A stretch of DNA of 64,000 nucleotides. It comes from Terriglobales bacterium. GTDB taxonomy: Bacteria > Acidobacteriota > Terriglobia > Terriglobales > Acidobacteriaceae. Position numbers and translations under genes: made by a program. The notes beneath the pieces were generated by a model. That model made no database searches. It worked only from the letters and a program-made list of their open reading frames with translations, and had not been told where the DNA came from. Shown piece by piece: positions 44,963 through 54,746 of this stretch. Each line of letters opens with the position of its first letter. Within the stretch, counting starts at the first letter, position 1. Location: assembly GCA_050746005.1 (NCBI GenBank), contig JBOGLC010000118.1, positions 28,465-92,464 of the forward strand, written 5' to 3'.

Positions 44963-45898
44963 TTAGCGGGCGCGGAGGAGGAAAGAGATGCCGTCGGAAC
45001 GGTAAATGGCCTTGCCGGCCTCCTGCGGTTCCGGCGACACTTTGCCCGCGCGAACGGCTTCAATTGCGACAACCAACCTCGGCAGCACCGACGGCTGCGC
45101 GAAGGGCACGTTGTGCGCGCCCAGGACGAGCTTAAGGTCCGGAACCAGGACGGCGAGGCGTTTTACTGAAGCGACGTAATCATCGAGATTGGTCTCCGGG
45201 CGAAACAGCCAGATCGGAGCGGGATAGTAGGTGTCGCCGGTGAACAGCAGGCCGTGGGCGTGGTCGAGCAGAGAGATGGCATCGGGAGTGTGGCCCGGCG
45301 TGGAGAGAATTTCCAGGGTGCGGCCGCCCAGATCGATTTTGTCGTGGTCGTGAAGAAAGCGGGAGATTTTCCAGGGCCGGGTCGAATAGGATTTGGCGTC
45401 AAAGCCTTTGGGCAGATCGCCGCAGATCATACCCGGGCCCAGCTCATCCTGAGCATCCTGGCGCGAACCTTTTGCGTTGGTCCGGGTGAAATCCGTATCC
45501 ATTCCATAGACAGTTTCGAACTGCCAGTTGTCACCGACGTGATCATTGTGGGTGTGGGAATTGAGGACGATGATGGGCAGATGAGTGATTCCGGCGGTGA
45601 TCTTTTTAATATCGCCGATGCCCATGCCGGTATCGAACAACAGCGCCTGTGTCTGGCCCACAATAAGGTAAGAGATAGTTTCTTCCGCCTGATGCGGTTC
45701 GTAAATCGCGAAGACACGCGGGACCACCTCGTAGACTTCGAACCAGGGATCGCTGACGGAAATACGTTTGAGCGTTCTGTATTCGGGCCGCGGGAGGGCG
45801 CGGCACCATTCGGGTTTGCCGGTTTGAGCCGGAGATGAAGCTGGCAGTCCGGCTACGAAAGCGATAAGTGCAGCGGCGAGGGGGGCGGTCCACTTCAC
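44963..45898 (-). CDS. exported MBL-fold metallo-hydrolase
   Basis: Signal peptide 'APLAAALIAFVAGLPASSPAQ' and the 'HTHNDHVGD' (HxHxDH) motif. Its GTG start lies 2 nt after the rpsA stop. Confidence 0.8.
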   Translation of the reverse strand: MKWTAPLAAALIAFVAGLPASSPAQTGKPEWCRALPRPEYRTLKRISVSDPWFEVYEVVPRVFAIYEPHQAEETISYLIVGQTQALLFDTGMGIGDIKKITAGITHLPIIVLNSHTHNDHVGDNWQFETVYGMDTDFTRTNAKGSRQDAQDELGPGMICGDLPKGFDAKSYSTRPWKISRFLHDHDKIDLGGRTLEILSTPGHTPDAISLLDHAHGLLFTGDTYYPAPIWLFRPETNLDDYVASVKRLAVLVPDLKLVLGAHNVPFAQPSVLPRLVVAIEAVRAGKVSPEPQEAGKAIYRSDGISFLLRAR

Positions 45899-45900
45899 CG

Positions 45901-47598
45901 TTACACTAACTCCAGTTCAATCTTCTTGGCGGCTGGCTCCAGCCGGGTAATCCGAAATTTGCGAACCTGTCCGGCGCGGACGGCTTCGGGCTTGGACTCG
46001 CCGAGGGCAGCGCCGCCTTTCCAGTGCGCCTTAAGCCTGGAACTCAGCGAGGATAAGTCCGGCTCTGCGCCCGCCGGAGCCGACTCTTGAACGACTTCCA
46101 CCGCTGGACCGCCGGCCGCAATTCGGCAGATCGCATTGATGCCGTCTCCCAGCTCCACGCGCGCCTGCCCGCCCGAAACATCGCCCATGCGTCCCGTAAC
46201 CACGTCGCCTTCTTTATGTTCGGCGATGTATTCGTCCAGGCTGGTGGGGACAAGCTGCTTCATACCGAGCCGCAGCCCCCGCTTGCTTGTGTCTACCGAA
46301 AGCACTTGAGCTCTCACCAGTTGCCCGACCTTCAGCGCGTCTTGTGGAAATTCGATGCGCTTCTCAGCGCTGATGTCGCTGACATGAATCATGCCTTCGA
46401 TGCCTTCGGCCAGCTGCACGAACGCGCCGAATTTGGTCAGGTTGGTGATGGGCCCTTCTATGGTTGTGCCCACGGCAAAACTCTGTGCCACATTCGCCCA
46501 CGGATCTCCCAGCGCCTGTTTGAGGCCCAGAGAAATGCGGTGTTCCGCCGGATTTACTCCCAGAACCACTACGTCCACGGTCTCCCCCGGCTTCACCACG
46601 TCGCTGGCAATTCTGATCTTTTTGGCCCACGACATCTCCGAAACGTGGATCAAGCCTTCAATTCCCGGCTCCAGTTCAACGAAGGCTCCAAAGTCGAGCA
46701 CGCGTGTGACGGTGCCGCGCACGCGTTCGCCGAGTTTGTATTTGGCAACGGCCGAATCCCAGGGATCCTGCTGAAGCTGCTTCATGCCCAGTGAAATACG
46801 TCGCTTTTCGGGATCGACCTTGAGCACTTTGGCTTCGATCTGCTGGCCCAGGGAGAGCACGTCTGCCGGCTTGCTGATGCGGCTCCAGGCAATCTCGCCA
46901 ACGTGCAGCAAGCCGTCCACGCCGCCCAGATCGATGAAAGCGCCGTAGTCGGTGAGGCTGCGGACCGTGCCGCGCACAATTTCGCCTTCGCGGATCTCGG
47001 AGTAGCGGCGGTCTTTCACCGTGCGCTCTTCTTCTTCGGCGAGAGCGCGCCGGTCAACCACCACATCTTCCTCGGTGGCATCGACCTTGATAATGCGGCA
47101 GCGGATTTCCTGCCCAATCAGGTTCTCCATATCGGCAGCGTCGCGCACTCCGCTGCGCGAGGCCGGCATGAACGCCCGCACTCCTACGTCCACGCTGAAC
47201 CCGCCCTTGATCACGCCCGTGACCGTGCCTACAATCGTCGCCTTGTCCGCGAAGGCTTGCTCCAGCGACGACCAGTCGGTGGGCTGCGCAATTTTCTGGC
47301 GCGAAAGCTCGTAGTAGCCCTCGGGATCGCGCCCCTTCACCGAGACCGGCATCTGGTCGCCGGGTTTGACGGCCTGACCCGCGTTCTGGAACACAGCCAG
47401 CGGCATGATGCCTTCAGTCTTGAAACCAATATCGAAGAACACGGATTCGGCGGACACGGCAATCACCGTGCCCTCGATCTGCTTGCCGCCGTCATCCTTT
47501 TTGCGCGAATGGCTTTTCTCATACTGGGTGAGAATGTCTTCGAAGGATTCGCCGGACTCGGCGACGGGATGGGACTCTGGGGCGCTGGGATTCGACAT
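45901..47598 (-). CDS. rpsA: 30S ribosomal protein S1
   Basis: Six S1 repeats ('G.V..V...G.FV.L..G.EGL.H.SE' pattern, e.g. 'GTVRSLTDYGAFIDLGGVDGLLHVGEIAW'). Trimmed to ATG 47598, giving 565 aa. Confidence 0.9.
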   Translation of the reverse strand: MSNPSAPESHPVAESGESFEDILTQYEKSHSRKKDDGGKQIEGTVIAVSAESVFFDIGFKTEGIMPLAVFQNAGQAVKPGDQMPVSVKGRDPEGYYELSRQKIAQPTDWSSLEQAFADKATIVGTVTGVIKGGFSVDVGVRAFMPASRSGVRDAADMENLIGQEIRCRIIKVDATEEDVVVDRRALAEEEERTVKDRRYSEIREGEIVRGTVRSLTDYGAFIDLGGVDGLLHVGEIAWSRISKPADVLSLGQQIEAKVLKVDPEKRRISLGMKQLQQDPWDSAVAKYKLGERVRGTVTRVLDFGAFVELEPGIEGLIHVSEMSWAKKIRIASDVVKPGETVDVVVLGVNPAEHRISLGLKQALGDPWANVAQSFAVGTTIEGPITNLTKFGAFVQLAEGIEGMIHVSDISAEKRIEFPQDALKVGQLVRAQVLSVDTSKRGLRLGMKQLVPTSLDEYIAEHKEGDVVTGRMGDVSGGQARVELGDGINAICRIAAGGPAVEVVQESAPAGAEPDLSSLSSRLKAHWKGGAALGESKPEAVRAGQVRKFRITRLEPAAKKIELELV

Positions 47599-47757
47599 GA
47601 GGGTCACAGACTCGGACTGCCAGGAATACTGGCTAGGATAGCACTCCGGGCGCGTATCCGCCGCCATGGAAATGGGAAGAAGAACCCAGATGGCCTAGTG
47701 GCCAGTGCATAAAGTAGACCCCCGCGAATCGCTGCGGCGCGGTATAGAATCTCCGCC

Positions 47758-49089
47758 ATGTGGAAATGGATTCTTCTGTTACTCAGCTTTACGGCTCCGG
47801 CGATTGCCGAAAAGATGTCCGCACCGCAATTGATCGACCTGGCGCAGTCCAGCAGCGCGGGTCTGAAAGACGCGATCATCGGCACCTTCGATGCCAAAGA
47901 CCTGAAGGAGGGAACTGCCTGGGCGGGCCACGGCCCGGACGTTTTTTTCGCTACGCAAGCCCTCGCGCAGCCATCACTCATCATCGACGACGCCCCAGGT
48001 CCCCACATGCACCATCTCACCGGCTCGGATCTCTGGTATGCGGCCGCTAAGATCGAACCCGTGGCCAGGCTGCACTCGTTTCACTATATGATCAGCGGCG
48101 CTGCCTTCGGCGGCAAGCTGGATTTGCCGGCGTTCGGTCCTCTTTCCTACCTGCAACCCGGAGTTCCTTCCGGCACGCTGTCGGAGAAGATCGACCACAC
48201 CAGCAAAATCTACGATGGCATGAAGAGTGAATACTGGATTTACGTGCCGGCACAGTATGACCCCAAAACGCCGGCGGCGCTGATGGTTTTCCAGGACGGC
48301 GGCGGCTACATCCATCGCGACGGCAACAATCCCACGCTCAATGTTCTCGACAACCTGATGGCGCAGAAAAAGATTCCGGTGATGATCGCAGTGTTCATCA
48401 ATCCGGGGGATATCACCGACTCTCCCGGTACGCCGACCTACAATTTCGTGAAGGCATACTCGGACCAGTGGCACCGCACTCTGAAGGATTCGATGCGCAG
48501 CACGCTGTATGACACGGTGAGCGCCCGCTATGCCCGTTTTCTGCGGGATGAAGTTCTGGCCGATGTGCAGGCCCGGTACAACATTCGCAAGGATGCGTAC
48601 AGCTGGGCGATCACTGGCCTGTCGTCAGGCGGTATATGTTCTTTCAATGTGGCCTGGCAGATGCCTGAACGGTTCAGCCGCGTGATCTCATGGATCGGCA
48701 GCTTCACCAGCATCCAGTGGAAAGAAGATCCTGGCGTTCCGGACGGAGGCCAGGACTATCCTGAGAAAGTCTTGCGCGAATCGAGACGCAATCTTCGAGT
48801 GTGGCTGCAGGACGGATCGGAAGACCAGGAGAACGACCGCTACGGAAGCTGGCCGCTCGCCAATATCCGCCTGGCCAATGCCCTGAAGCTGAAGGGCTAT
48901 GACTTTCACTTCAGTTTCGGCAAGGGCACGCATAACTCCGGCCAGGGTGCGGCTGAGTTTCCGGAAGAGATGATCTGGCTCTGGCGAGACTACGACCCGG
49001 CCAGAACGGAACAGACGTACGAGATGGATCAGTCGGAGAAGGCCAAGCCGCCTTTCCGGGTTTCGATCACAAACCGCAATTCCGATTAA
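47758..49089 (+). CDS. exported esterase (enterochelin-esterase-like alpha/beta hydrolase)
   Basis: Signal peptide 'MWKWILLLLSFTAPAIA', 'YWIYVPAQYDPKTPAALMVFQDGGGY', and the nucleophile elbow 'ITGLSSGG' (GxSxG). Confidence 0.75.
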   Translation: MWKWILLLLSFTAPAIAEKMSAPQLIDLAQSSSAGLKDAIIGTFDAKDLKEGTAWAGHGPDVFFATQALAQPSLIIDDAPGPHMHHLTGSDLWYAAAKIEPVARLHSFHYMISGAAFGGKLDLPAFGPLSYLQPGVPSGTLSEKIDHTSKIYDGMKSEYWIYVPAQYDPKTPAALMVFQDGGGYIHRDGNNPTLNVLDNLMAQKKIPVMIAVFINPGDITDSPGTPTYNFVKAYSDQWHRTLKDSMRSTLYDTVSARYARFLRDEVLADVQARYNIRKDAYSWAITGLSSGGICSFNVAWQMPERFSRVISWIGSFTSIQWKEDPGVPDGGQDYPEKVLRESRRNLRVWLQDGSEDQENDRYGSWPLANIRLANALKLKGYDFHFSFGKGTHNSGQGAAEFPEEMIWLWRDYDPARTEQTYEMDQSEKAKPPFRVSITNRNSD

Positions 49090-49101
49090 AGAAAGCTTCG
49101 C

Positions 49102-50361
49102 CTAAGGGAGCCCGCCGGGACTGGCGAGGCGATCGGCTTTCTGCTTTTCTGCCGCTGCCTGCGCGGGCCGGCTGGTCAGGGAGTAGATCTCAGCCATGCG
49201 GAGATGCGGCTCGGGCTCCTGCGGCCGTAGTTTCGCCGCTGCTTCCAGATAACGCAAAGCCTCAGCATACTGGCCGGAGCCCTTGTTTTTTTTCGCCAGG
49301 CCGAAGGCGGTAGCATAGAGTAGGTTCGCGGTTCCGGGATCTTTGGGATCGAGTTCATGCGCGTGTTCCAGTACCTGGTAAGCGGGCAGGTCCTGGCCCA
49401 GCTTGACCAGCACCGCTCCATAGAGGGCGTTCAGCTGAAACAGATCCGGCCAGCGCTTGAGGGAATTGGCCAGGGGCGCGCGGGCTTGCTCAAACCGATT
49501 CAGCTGGTAGTAGGTGAGGGCAAGGTTGTACTGCATCTGCGGCGATTGCGGCGCCAGTTCCGCGGCCCGGCGCAGGGGCTTAAGCGCCGCTTCCAGGTCT
49601 CCGTGCTGTCCGTAGATGGTGCCGAGTTCGGTTAGCTTGTCGGCGTCATCGGGATCATAGAGTTTTTCGCAGACAGCGCGGGCCTCATTGCGCAGCCCCT
49701 TGTCGAGCTTCTGCCTGCATTCCATTCTCAACCGGCTCTCCTCGGAGTCGCGTCGCCGCAATTCCTCCGACAGCGCCAGGGCCTTAGCGGCTTCCTGCTC
49801 GCGCCCCAGCTTGCGATACACCAGTCCCAGTTGATAGGGAACCCGGGCATCCCGCGGAGTGAGCCGCGAGGCTTCGGTCAGCCACTTTTCAGCGGAGGCG
49901 AGATCGCCCTGTTTGAAGCAGGCATAGCCAAGGTAGTAGGCAGTATCGGGAAAAGGGGGCTTGGCTGCAGCCTGCTTCAGATTCCGGATCGCGCTGGCAT
50001 ACTGATGATCGTCCAGGTCGATTCGTCCCAGGTAATAGAAGACGTTAGGATGGTCTCCAACTTCGCGGCGTACCAGTTCAAGTTCGTGACGGGCTTCGTC
50101 AGATTTATGCAATTCGAAGAGCGCTACGGCGAGAGGAAATCGGGCCCTCAGATTCAATCCGGGATCGGCCGCCAGGGCGGCCCGAAATTCGGTGACGGCC
50201 GCATCATAGCGGTCTTGCTTCAAAGCGTCGTAACCCCTGCCCAGATGGGCTTCCGCAGTGACAGGCGCTGACTCCTCGGATGTCGCCCGGAAGGCCCCCA
50301 TGAAGCACAGGGACAGTGCCAGCGCGAAAATCATTCGTCTTGTGAAGAGTGGAGCACCCAT
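49102..50361 (-). CDS. exported tetratricopeptide-repeat protein
   Basis: Signal peptide. Repeated 34-aa A/Y/L patterns (e.g. 'YYLGRIDLDDHQYASAIRNLKQAAAKPP'). Confidence 0.75.
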   Translation of the reverse strand: MGAPLFTRRMIFALALSLCFMGAFRATSEESAPVTAEAHLGRGYDALKQDRYDAAVTEFRAALAADPGLNLRARFPLAVALFELHKSDEARHELELVRREVGDHPNVFYYLGRIDLDDHQYASAIRNLKQAAAKPPFPDTAYYLGYACFKQGDLASAEKWLTEASRLTPRDARVPYQLGLVYRKLGREQEAAKALALSEELRRRDSEESRLRMECRQKLDKGLRNEARAVCEKLYDPDDADKLTELGTIYGQHGDLEAALKPLRRAAELAPQSPQMQYNLALTYYQLNRFEQARAPLANSLKRWPDLFQLNALYGAVLVKLGQDLPAYQVLEHAHELDPKDPGTANLLYATAFGLAKKNKGSGQYAEALRYLEAAAKLRPQEPEPHLRMAEIYSLTSRPAQAAAEKQKADRLASPGGLP

Positions 50362-50490
50362 GGCAAGAGCAGAATCATTATATGTGCCGCCCCTTGATGT
50401 GGGCGCGGGCGCCCCGCCCGTGCGTCAATCTCCTGAGCTGCTGGTGGGAAAGGCGTCCACCGCGAAAACCTTGTCGAGCTGCGCTCGACC

Positions 50491-50520
50491 ACACGAGCGA
50501 GGGCGCTCGCGTCTACATTG
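50491..50520. repeat. Family B repeat, single arm
   Basis: ACACGAGCGAGGGCGCTCGCGTCTACATTG, overlapping the stop codon of the 50513-51835 gene. Confidence 0.7.
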
Positions 50521-51835
50521 TTTGGCGGGCTTTATTCATCAGAGCGGTGGCTACTTCTTTAATGGCGGCGATCTCGTCCGGCGTGGCGGTGCTGACGCAG
50601 TCGCTTACCAACTTCTCACAATGCTCGCGCACCCGATCGTAGGCGGTGGGGTCCTGACCGCGGACGGCCAACAGCTCTTTGAGCCAGTGCTTGCCGTAAC
50701 CGGCGTGCATGGTTTCGTCGGCCCAGTCGAAGTCCATGTCGTGTTCGCTTACGGCGTCGCCGTAGGCGTGGAAGAGTTGAGCGCGGGCCGGCTTGTGGCG
50801 GATGTTTTTAGTCTCGAAAAAGTAGAGCATGCCCAGGCGATAAATGGGGTCTTCACCGGAGGCACTCTCATAGATATACGTTCCCAGAGGAATTTCCGCG
50901 GGATTGAATCCCCACGCCATGAGGCGTTCATAGCCCATGCGACAATGCCGCGATTCATCGTAGGTCCAGCGCGCGGAATTGTGGATCCACTCCCAGGGCA
51001 ACACGTCGGCGAAGGCGCTCAGCATCACCCCACCGTTTTCGATGGCCCAAACCTCATTCAGGTGACTGATGGCCGACCGGACCTGCAACTGCATCCCCTC
51101 TCCGTAGGGATAAGCGGGGTCGACCACGTCCGGCCAGTAGAAACGGCACGGCCAGAAGCGGGAATCGCGCGCGGGCTGGTCGGGAATCGCGTACGCCTTG
51201 ACTCCCGGCAAAGGCCCAGCGGCGGGGGGCAATGGGGAAGGCCCGACTCCTACTCCGCCTGCGTCAGAAAGCCGTTTTGCAAGCGCATCTGTCCAGGCCA
51301 GCGCAGCGTCGCGCAAGCCGGGGTCGGCGCCCAGCGTGGATTCTCCCCAGCGCTCGAAGGCGGCAATCTGTTCGGTCTTTTCAGCGAGTGCGAGAGAAAG
51401 AAAACGGTGGGTTGGACCGTCAGCAATGGCATCGGACGCATCAAGATAGGCCTGAAAGGAGTCGCGCAGCGCTGGCAGGAGAACCTTTCCAATACTCAGG
51501 AGGAAAGCGGGAACTGACGGAGAATCCTTGACGGCGCTGAATATTTCGATCAGGGCGTGGTCGGACCCTTCTTCTTCCACCAGACGGCTGGGGAAACGAA
51601 GCTCGAAGACGCGATTGCGGAGAGCGTCTGCGGTTTCCGCGCTCTGCCACACGAAACGAGCGAGGCCGGTCTTGATTTCAAGTGGAGCGATGGCAGGAAT
51701 CCACGCGGCCAGGCTTATGAGCAGGGAACGTTCGCAAAAGAAGAAGCGCTTGAGAAGCTGTGCCGTATCCACCCGCATCCATCGAGCTCGGCGCTGCTCC
51801 GTCGAGAGGAATGAGGAATTTCGTGACATAGACAC
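50513..51835 (-). CDS. ferritin-like di-iron four-helix-bundle protein (DUF455-like by eye)
   Basis: Candidate ligand pattern E / ExxH / E / ExxH: 'VWAIENG', 'DESRHCRMG', 'FFETKNIRH', 'ADETMHAGYG'. Confidence 0.55.
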   Translation of the reverse strand: MSMSRNSSFLSTEQRRARWMRVDTAQLLKRFFFCERSLLISLAAWIPAIAPLEIKTGLARFVWQSAETADALRNRVFELRFPSRLVEEEGSDHALIEIFSAVKDSPSVPAFLLSIGKVLLPALRDSFQAYLDASDAIADGPTHRFLSLALAEKTEQIAAFERWGESTLGADPGLRDAALAWTDALAKRLSDAGGVGVGPSPLPPAAGPLPGVKAYAIPDQPARDSRFWPCRFYWPDVVDPAYPYGEGMQLQVRSAISHLNEVWAIENGGVMLSAFADVLPWEWIHNSARWTYDESRHCRMGYERLMAWGFNPAEIPLGTYIYESASGEDPIYRLGMLYFFETKNIRHKPARAQLFHAYGDAVSEHDMDFDWADETMHAGYGKHWLKELLAVRGQDPTAYDRVREHCEKLVSDCVSTATPDEIAAIKEVATALMNKARQTM

Positions 51836-51966
51836 GTTCGTTTTCGAAAAATGGACGGCTTAAGCAAATCCCCTATTTCCAGTTGGCCCTGAGATACTCC
51901 CACGCCCGCAAGGATTCCGGGCGCCTCCGCTCAATTGTGAGCCAAGTGCAAAACTGGTTCACGCCG

Positions 51967-51991
51967 GATGCTTCGCAAGCTCAGCATGACG
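51967..51991 (-). repeat. REP family C unit
   Basis: GGATGCTTCGCAAGCTCAGCATGACG is the reverse complement of the GTCATGCTGAGCTTGCGAAGCATC motif. It is followed by a direct duplication of TTTAAGACAAA (52010-52036). Confidence 0.75.
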
Positions 51992-52098
51992 CCCGATATT
52001 GAAACAGCGTTTAAGACAAAGCGATTTAAGACAAACCCACTTGCCCATTTTCGCAGAGTTCGCCGCCAAGTCACATAGGAGAGGTGAAAATAGTCTTC

Positions 52099-53112
52099 CT
52101 AGAACAAATTGCTGAGCGCCACGGCGATCACGGCCACGATGAGGACCAGCAAGCCCTGATTGAGCAATCGGAGAGCGGGAGGGGGAGCACCCTTCCACTC
52201 GCCTCGCCACACGCCCCAGAGATTGCCTACGACAATGGAGAGCGAAATGAACAGCGGCCAGCCTGCGACCGCCCCCCAACGTCCCAGCCTGGCGGCGCCG
52301 GAACCGTAAAGATAAAAACTGCCGATCCACATCAATGCCATGCATGCGCTCAAGCCCAGATTGCGCGGCGTCTCCCGGTTCAGGTATTGGCCCAGGGTGT
52401 GTCGGCTGATCATCAGGTAAAGGCAATATGCGAGGTTTGCGACACATCCCAGGGTGAAGAGCAGCGCCCATACGGTATTGCCCGAAGACGCCGGAGAGGC
52501 TCCGAGGGCGACGGCGGCATTGATCACATTTCCGCCAAAAGCCATCCCCACATTGGGCAAGCAGGAAAGGATTCCAGCCAGGATCGCGATGGCAAGGCCG
52601 ATTTTGAAAGCGTTTGAATGCTTGGACATGGTGTTGCCATCGGAAGGCGTCTTGCGCGAACCGGCGACGGAGCACAACACGATGCCGAAGATTACCAACG
52701 CCGTTCCAGCCAGCAGCACCACGCCTTTCGTTGCCACGAGTGTTTGCGGAAAGAACAGCAGCAACGGAATCAGCGCTCCCAGGCTGGCGATAAGGCCCAT
52801 AATGATGGGATAGCCGAGGGCCATTCCGAGGCGATCCATCCCCAGTCCGAACAGGACAGCGCCTACTCCCCAGCCCAACCCGAAAAGCGCCAGAACAGCG
52901 AGGTCTTTCGCAGGGGACGCGGAATACACAGCGAAAATATTGGGGACCAGGAGAAGCGTGATGATCCAGTTAAAGACGAACATTCCCAGCAGCGAAAACG
53001 TGGCCCAGGTGTGCTCCCACGACCATTGCCTGACCAGGGTCATGGGAAGAACGAAGGTCCCTTGCAGCAGGGCCGCGAGCAGCACGAGAAGGAAGCCGAT
53101 CAGCAGAGACAT
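52099..53112 (-). CDS. RhaT-family sugar:H+ symporter (DMT superfamily)
   Basis: 'VRQWSWEHTWATFSLLGMFVFNWII' parallels E. coli RhaT 'KKWSWETMW'. 10-TM pattern. Confidence 0.75.
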   Translation of the reverse strand: MSLLIGFLLVLLAALLQGTFVLPMTLVRQWSWEHTWATFSLLGMFVFNWIITLLLVPNIFAVYSASPAKDLAVLALFGLGWGVGAVLFGLGMDRLGMALGYPIIMGLIASLGALIPLLLFFPQTLVATKGVVLLAGTALVIFGIVLCSVAGSRKTPSDGNTMSKHSNAFKIGLAIAILAGILSCLPNVGMAFGGNVINAAVALGASPASSGNTVWALLFTLGCVANLAYCLYLMISRHTLGQYLNRETPRNLGLSACMALMWIGSFYLYGSGAARLGRWGAVAGWPLFISLSIVVGNLWGVWRGEWKGAPPPALRLLNQGLLVLIVAVIAVALSNLF

Positions 53113-53133
53113 AAGAGGTTGAACTGACCGGTA

Positions 53134-53586
53134 TCACCGCAGAACCGGCGTTGCGTTGGTGGCCACGCATACCCAGTTGCCGTTCTTAAATATCCAGGTA
53201 TCTACAAAGCGCTCGCGGCGCACATAGCTCTTTCCGCCTTCGACCCCTTTGGCGCGAAACACTCCAGTCGAGATCGCAGTCGTGCCAAATACGTGTACAG
53301 TCATCGATTCTGGCGCGACCTGCTGCTCCTGAGAATTGTTGCCGGTGGATTTTACGCTGGCCAGAAATTCGGCCTTGTTCTGGACCGAACCATCATCGTT
53401 GACAAGTACAATCTCGTTGTCCAGGATCGAATCCAGCGCGCGAGTGTCCCCGGCCTTGTATGCCTGGTTCCAGGCCTTCTCCAGGGCCACGATCTTGGTT
53501 CGGATTGCGGAATCTGAATTTTCTTGCGCCTGTACAAACATGGCGGTCGTGCAGAGCGCGAGCATCAGGAACGCTTTTGGTCTCAT
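53134..53586 (-). CDS. exported DUF4440/SnoaL-like (NTF2-fold) protein
   Basis: Signal peptide 'MRPKAFLMLALCTTAMFVQA'. 'IVALEKAWNQAYKAGDTRALDSIL' and 'DTWIFKNGNWVCVA' are typical of DUF4440. Confidence 0.65.
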   Translation of the reverse strand: MRPKAFLMLALCTTAMFVQAQENSDSAIRTKIVALEKAWNQAYKAGDTRALDSILDNEIVLVNDDGSVQNKAEFLASVKSTGNNSQEQQVAPESMTVHVFGTTAISTGVFRAKGVEGGKSYVRRERFVDTWIFKNGNWVCVATNATPVLR

Positions 53587-53688
53587 GGCGCGGACTCCCT
53601 TAGGCACTGGCTATGCAGTATATGCAAAGTCTTGTCTTTTCTGGCTGGGAGGAGCATAACTTGCCACCGTTCGCAGGCAAACTGACTC

Positions 53689-54663
53689 TCAAGCTGGGCG
53701 GGCAGGATCGCTCACAAACCAGTCCGGAGGCGCCACGGCCCGCTGCCGGTAGGTCTCGAGGACTTCATTGCGGCGAGGCAGGGAAGGGATCACGCCCTCC
53801 CTGGTAACTGCCAGACCGCCCGTCACCACGGCAAATTGCACGGCCGCTTCCAGGCTCGCGCCACAAGCCAGCGCCATCGCCAGTCCGGCATTGAAGGCAT
53901 CCCCGGCGCCGGTTGTATCAACCGCAGCCATGCGGACAGCTGGAACGAGCCTTGACGAATTCCCGGTGACGATCAGCGCGCCATTTTCGCCCAGCGTGAT
54001 GACCACTTGTTGCACGCCACCGCGAATCAGTTCGCGCGCGACCGCCTCGGGTTTGAGATCGGCATGAGGGTCCAGGCCGGCGAGTATCCTGGCCTCACTC
54101 TGGTTGGGGGTCAGAATATCGACCAGTTGCAGGATGGATGGAGGCAAGGGCCGAACGGGAGCGGGATTGAGAATCGTGACCGCGCCGTGCTCGCGCCCGC
54201 ATTTCAGGGCCGCCTCGGCGGCGGTAACTGGAATCTCCAGCTGGGTGAGCACTACTGCTGGCGAATCGAATGCCGCTGCACTGCCGCAAACATCGTCAGC
54301 GGTCAACAATTCATTGGCGCCCGGATCGATGGTGATGCAGTTCTGTCCGCTTGCGTTCTCTACAATAATGAAGCCGACTCCAGTCGAGGCGTCGGCTGCT
54401 TGTTTTACGTGGGCGGCATCAATGCCTTCCTCGCGATAGAGAGCCAGGGCCATCTCACCGAAAGGGTCGGTTCCAATTCTGGCCACCAAGCTGACCTTTG
54501 CTCCCAGCCGGGTGCATCCCACCGCCTGATTGGAGCCCTTGCCACCGTAGTCCACGCGATAGCCCGTTCCCAGCAACGTTTCACCAGTAATCGGCATGCG
54601 CGCAACTTTCATGGTCAGGCCGGTGGCATAGCTGCCCACCACCGTAATTCGAGGAGCGCTCAC
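53689..54663 (-). CDS. rbsK: ribokinase (PfkB family)
   Basis: 'YGGKGSNQAVG' (GGKGANQA-type) and 'DTTGAGDAFNAGLA' PfkB signatures. Start assigned to GTG 54663 ('VSAPRITVVGS'). Confidence 0.85.
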   Translation of the reverse strand: MSAPRITVVGSYATGLTMKVARMPITGETLLGTGYRVDYGGKGSNQAVGCTRLGAKVSLVARIGTDPFGEMALALYREEGIDAAHVKQAADASTGVGFIIVENASGQNCITIDPGANELLTADDVCGSAAAFDSPAVVLTQLEIPVTAAEAALKCGREHGAVTILNPAPVRPLPPSILQLVDILTPNQSEARILAGLDPHADLKPEAVARELIRGGVQQVVITLGENGALIVTGNSSRLVPAVRMAAVDTTGAGDAFNAGLAMALACGASLEAAVQFAVVTGGLAVTREGVIPSLPRRNEVLETYRQRAVAPPDWFVSDPARPA

Positions 54664-54746
54664 GGGAAATCTCCAGCGCAGTTTGGACAACCTGAAACTC
54701 GTAAGCCTACCACAGGGAGAAACGGCTTCGGGATGGCGCGGCAATC

